64,000 nt of DNA, from NCBI RefSeq assembly GCF_021028975.2, contig NC_059426.1, positions 146,258,001-146,322,000 on the forward strand. The letters are read 5' to 3'. Source of the DNA: Sphaerodactylus townsendi. Its lineage: Eukaryota. Numbering within the stretch: position 1 is the first letter of the stretch; every line of letters starts with the position of its first letter. The notes beneath the pieces are model-generated. The model saw nothing but the letters and a program-made list of their open reading frames with translations, was not told the DNA's origin and did not search any database. The position numbers were made by a program, and so were the translations under genes. Shown in pieces: positions 59,861 to 64,000 of this stretch.

Positions 59861-62356
59861 ATTATCTGGAACTGCCAGGGATTGTAGCAATATACAAGCT
59901 TCCCATCATTATGATGGGCATTTAAATAATACGCCTCAAGGGAAGACTCATATTATCATGTTTGTGAGCTCTCAAAGCTATGAATTGCAGCCCATGCAAA
60001 AATTAAGAGGAAATTATGATTACATCAGGGTGGGAGGAAAGAGGGGAAACACCTGACCCAGTCATTAAGGAATTCAAAAGCAAGAAATTGTTTGATCTCC
60101 ATCAGCTATGGAGCAGGCGTGGAGCATTGCACCAATGCTTAACTGTGTCTCTATCAACAGAAAGTCTTTTGGCAGTAGGCTACAGATGTTGGCAGTGATT
60201 CAAATGGTGTTCCCCGTTTCAGTCGTGTGCTTTCAAGTAGTTCACTTTTACTCTGATTAGCTTTTATCTAAAAGGCTTTCTCTCCTTCACATACAGTTCA
60301 ATCCTGGGGGTGGGGGGTGAACTTAATCCGCTCAGGAAATACCATGACCCCAGGGCCAGCATAAAGTCACTTGTGCTGGCATGAGAGGCATTTATACCAG
60401 CACAGGGGCACTTACATTGGCAGTAGCCTGGATGCTAGTGCACTTGCCTGGATGCTAGTGGTACACTTCCATCACATGAGCTGCCCTGCATCGGCACTGA
60501 AAGGGTCATTCCTGGAGGTGAGGCTGGCTATAATTGGCTTCCTGAGCTCTTTCAACCCAGGCATGCCCCCCTTTGCTGGCACAGACTGACACCAGCAAAA
60601 TCAGTGGCACAGTCCATTGAGCTGCATACGCCACTTTCACAGGGGAAGGGGCAGTGCTGCTGTTGGCTTATTGCCCATGGCATAGCAATCCTCTTTGGAG
60701 GCAGCATGGCTGCGCTGTGACTGCAGCACCCTCGACTACAGAGCAACTACCCCCCCACCTAAGAATTGCACTGCCCATTTCCTACATAACAAAACCAGTG
60801 ACTGAAATTGAGAACAGCAAAGTAAACTTTGCGAGCAGCCACCTGCAATTCAGTTCAGACGACCTGCACGCTAAACGGAACAAGCAGAACAATGTAAGAA
60901 GAAAATCCGTATCACAAAAATACACTGATTCAGAGTCAGATGAGCGGAAGAGATGCGCAAAAGAGTTTGAGGTGTGCTTTTAGTGAGCCCTTGCGCATTT
61001 GCAGAGACTACTAGGGTGCAATTCACCGCAATAGCAATAATGGGACCACTGGAGGAAGAAACATAAAAGCTCAGAAGTTCACTGTCCTAATGTAGACCAT
61101 CTGCTGTTGGCTTTTCTCCTCTTCCAGAACAACAGTGACAACAAATTATGAAGTACAGCTGATTTCAATGTTATAAGAAATGTAATTCATCATCATATGT
61201 CAAACATAATATACATACCAAAAAAAATCAAAGCTTCTACAAGTTATTATTTTTCTTTTAAAACCCCCACTGTTTTTATACTAAGTATTATTTACAAGAT
61301 TTCTCAAAATGTTCATACTTGCAAAAGGATGTACATAACACAGAAGCCAGCCACACTCTAGTGCAAAGATCAAAAAATGTGTGGGATTCACGGTAAAAGT
61401 CCTGATTTGGGCAAAGAGTCCCCAAGGCTTCAGTGCCCAACTCAGCTCCATCCCAGCCCTGGTGCACGTGCTCCCCCTCACCCTGCATTTTTCAAAAACC
61501 GGCAAGAAGGTGCACCTTTTTGAAAAATGCGGGCCAAGGCCGCATCAGTGGGGAGGCAGCAGAAAAATAATACGGTTCATTTTTTCCCACCCTAAGAGGC
61601 ACACACCAGAGCACGAAGGGTTTGGGGTTTTTTTGTGCTGGTCGTGGCTTCGTAGGCATGGACCTACAAAGAGAAGGAAAGCTAGCGCTAGGTGTGAGTA
61701 TACCAACGAAGCTGTACAGCCAAAAAGTAAAAAAAACAATAGAACTTCCTATGTTCCTACAAAGCTGGGCAGCCAGAATTTTTTAGTAAAAAACTTCCTT
61801 AAGCAGAGGGGAGGGGCCACGGAGTTGCATTCCCACCCCAACACAACAGCCAATCAGAAACAGCTGCAGAGCAGATCATGGGCTTGTGGAAATAGTTACA
61901 GTTTTTGATCCTGGGATTAACTTTGACCCCCTCAACAGACGCACACTGTGGTGGGGAGGCAGAGACTAGGATGAAAAGGTGCTGTATCTTATGGAACCAG
62001 GGGGTGGGGGGGGAGGTTTATTTTCCCAGTGTGGATTCAGTGAGGAGAGGACTGGGGAGGCAATGGGGAGGCAAACCCAGGTGGAGCTACACAACTGATT
62101 CCTGGGCTAAAGAGGCCAGAGCTGCTCGCAATGGCTGCACCCCTGGGCTCCCCAGCCTGGGCTTCCCAGCATGCTCCAGACTTAGGCTGCTCCTCCTGGG
62201 ATCTCCTAGAACTCTGCCCCAGGTGGACTGCCACTTCAGGACACTTTTTGAGTGGGTGGAGGGAACACAAACAGTGGACTATTTTCAACAGTGAAAGGAC
62301 ACTTTCATTTCTGCTGGATCACAAATGACAGCACCTAGATCTTTCTGTGAGACAGA

Positions 62357-62474
62357 GGTGGATTCCGCATGGGCCAAAAACAGCGATGTGAAAACGGTGT
62401 AAACCCTTTTACACCATTTTAACCCCTTTTACACCATTTTCACACCACTGTTTTTGGCCCATGTGGAATCCACC
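62357..62474. mobile_element. PIF/Harbinger-type palindromic MITE (118 bp)
   Basis: ggtggattccgcatgggccaaaaacag/ctgtttttggcccatgtggaatccacc; 3-bp TSD aga. Confidence 0.85.
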
Positions 62475-62818
62475 AGAGTATAGCTGGCAGGGTTGTTACA
62501 GAGATTAAATGAGAAAGCTCTATGCTTGTGGCCTTGAGCTCTTTCTAGGGAAAGTGCAATCAATAATGATCAGGCAGCCAGCCCACACAGCCATTTCTTA
62601 CAGTTATCAAATCCTGAATGATTAGAAGAATCAAACCATACAGAAAGCAAGAAAGCTGCACACCAAATATTGCCTCATTTAATATTCCCTGCTTCCCTGA
62701 GTGCTGGTGTGAGGATCCAGGGGCAACATTCCTGGGTAATATCCTTTGGGTAAGAGAGAACTGAAGATGTCATGGTATAAGAAATATTTGTTTGCAATAT
62801 GTATGCATGCATATAGGG

Positions 62819-62974
62819 CAGAGGCGTAGCTCCAAGGAGATGGAGGAGTGACGCACCAGGCGCACGCCCCTGTGGGGGCATAGCGAGGGCATTCTGGGGC
62901 GAGGCATTTCGGGGCGAGGCAGGGCGGAGGACACACTGGTGCATTGAGCGCTTTCCCCCCTTGCTACGTCTCTG
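62819..62974. mobile_element. hAT MITE, CAGAGGCGTAGC family (156 bp)
   Basis: cagaggcgtagc/gctacgtctctg; perfect TSD atataggg. Confidence 0.9.
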
Positions 62975-63197
62975 ATATAGGGTGCCTTGGAAGAATGTAA
63001 ATACTCCTTCAGTAGGCATCTCCCTTCTCTAAATGGTGCACCCAGTTTCAGCTACTGATTTTCAGTGTTAGCATTGCTGCTGGTGATTTTCACATAGTCT
63101 GTTTACCATGTACAATTGAATTGGTTTGATCTGGCAGATGATTTATATGTACAGGAGGGAAGCAGGTTTCTCTCTTATGCTGAAGCCCTCTAACTTC

Positions 63198-63263
63198 ACC
63201 CTGAGCCCTTCGGGGGAGGGCGGTTTATAAACCCAATAAATAATAATAAATAATAATAATAAT
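63198..63263 (+). mobile_element. Extreme 3' tip of an L2-like LINE with (AAT)n tail
   Basis: gagcccttcgggggagggcggtttata matches the 3' end of the 2577-3735 element; similar minus-strand tip at ~28532-28592. Confidence 0.75.
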
Positions 63264-64000
63264 ACTATTTAGAGGACTCCAGAACTAACATGTCAGTGGG
63301 GCTGGAGGGACAAGGGAGACTTATATGCTGCATCTCCAGAGACCTGCTCAAAGAGGCTCATTCACCAAGTTAAATTCGCCACACAATTATAATCCTTTGT
63401 AGACATATGTTCTCTTTTCTGTACGCGTGAGAAAGACAACCTCCACATCAAGCTGAGGGCCATCTGTTCTCCTTAGGTTTAGGTGAGGAAATCTGTTCTG
63501 TCATCTCTTCTAAATGGACTTGACAATAATGGTCAACACCTTGACAACAATTGCAACACCCACGTTCTGGTTAAAACTGCACTGGTTCCACAAGAGAAGC
63601 AAGTGCCCTGAGACCTGCTGAGACACACCCTGTTTTCTGAGGGAACTGGTTTTTGCTTTTCCCTGAAGTGTTAAGGGGAGAAAACAACAGCAGACCGAGG
63701 CAATATCAAATTGGTCTTTAAGAAAAAAAAGAAGTTTGAGTGCCTTATGTGACCTTTGAACTCCTCCCTTATGTAATATGACTTCATTGTCCCTAAGGGG
63801 GGCATGGATTACTCTGGAAACAGTTGTTTTTCTGCACAAATAATGCAATACTTAGTGGTGATGCTTTTTAATCCAGATCACGGGGCCACAACATACTAGT
63901 GTTTGGTTTCAGCCCTCTTTTTTCCCCAGTCACAGATAGAGAAGCTCCAAAAATACCTCAAGGCATTTAATACCTCATGAAGTGAGACCAAGTTTATACA

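Noticed and set aside
61381-61908. 175-aa ORF
   Set aside because: Non-ATG start, no homology recognised, runs through homopolymer tracts

Overview
Eukaryotic, intergenic or deep-intronic vertebrate DNA, most likely from a squamate reptile (Sauria-SINE-like and Squam3-like SINEs, CR1/L2 LINEs; gecko-like repeat set). No host protein-coding gene can be recognised. The only ORFs with clear homology are broken LINE reverse-transcriptase fragments (L2 and CR1). The window is a mosaic of mobile elements, many with ends and target-site duplications (TSDs) readable by eye: 3-4 solo LTRs, a non-autonomous Helitron, numerous hAT, PIF/Harbinger and Tc2-like MITEs, SINEs, and Penelope-like (PLE) fragments carrying minimal hammerhead ribozyme motifs. 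Most notable: (i) a ~100-bp hammerhead-bearing PLE micro-insertion fused to a perfect 96-bp inverted copy of nearby flank DNA within a 13-bp duplication; (ii) an inverted-pLTR PLE with two opposed hammerheads; (iii) a 1.5-kb CpG-rich hAT element carrying promoter-type motifs, related to three ~160-180-bp MITEs in the window; (iv) fold-back hairpins; (v) repeat-poor blocks with perfect nuclear-receptor DR2/DR1 sites; (vi) two weak orphan exon candidates. Two assembly gaps are present. I see no well-supported new gene system. Family names come from recalled motifs, not database searches, and boundaries without TSDs are approximate.
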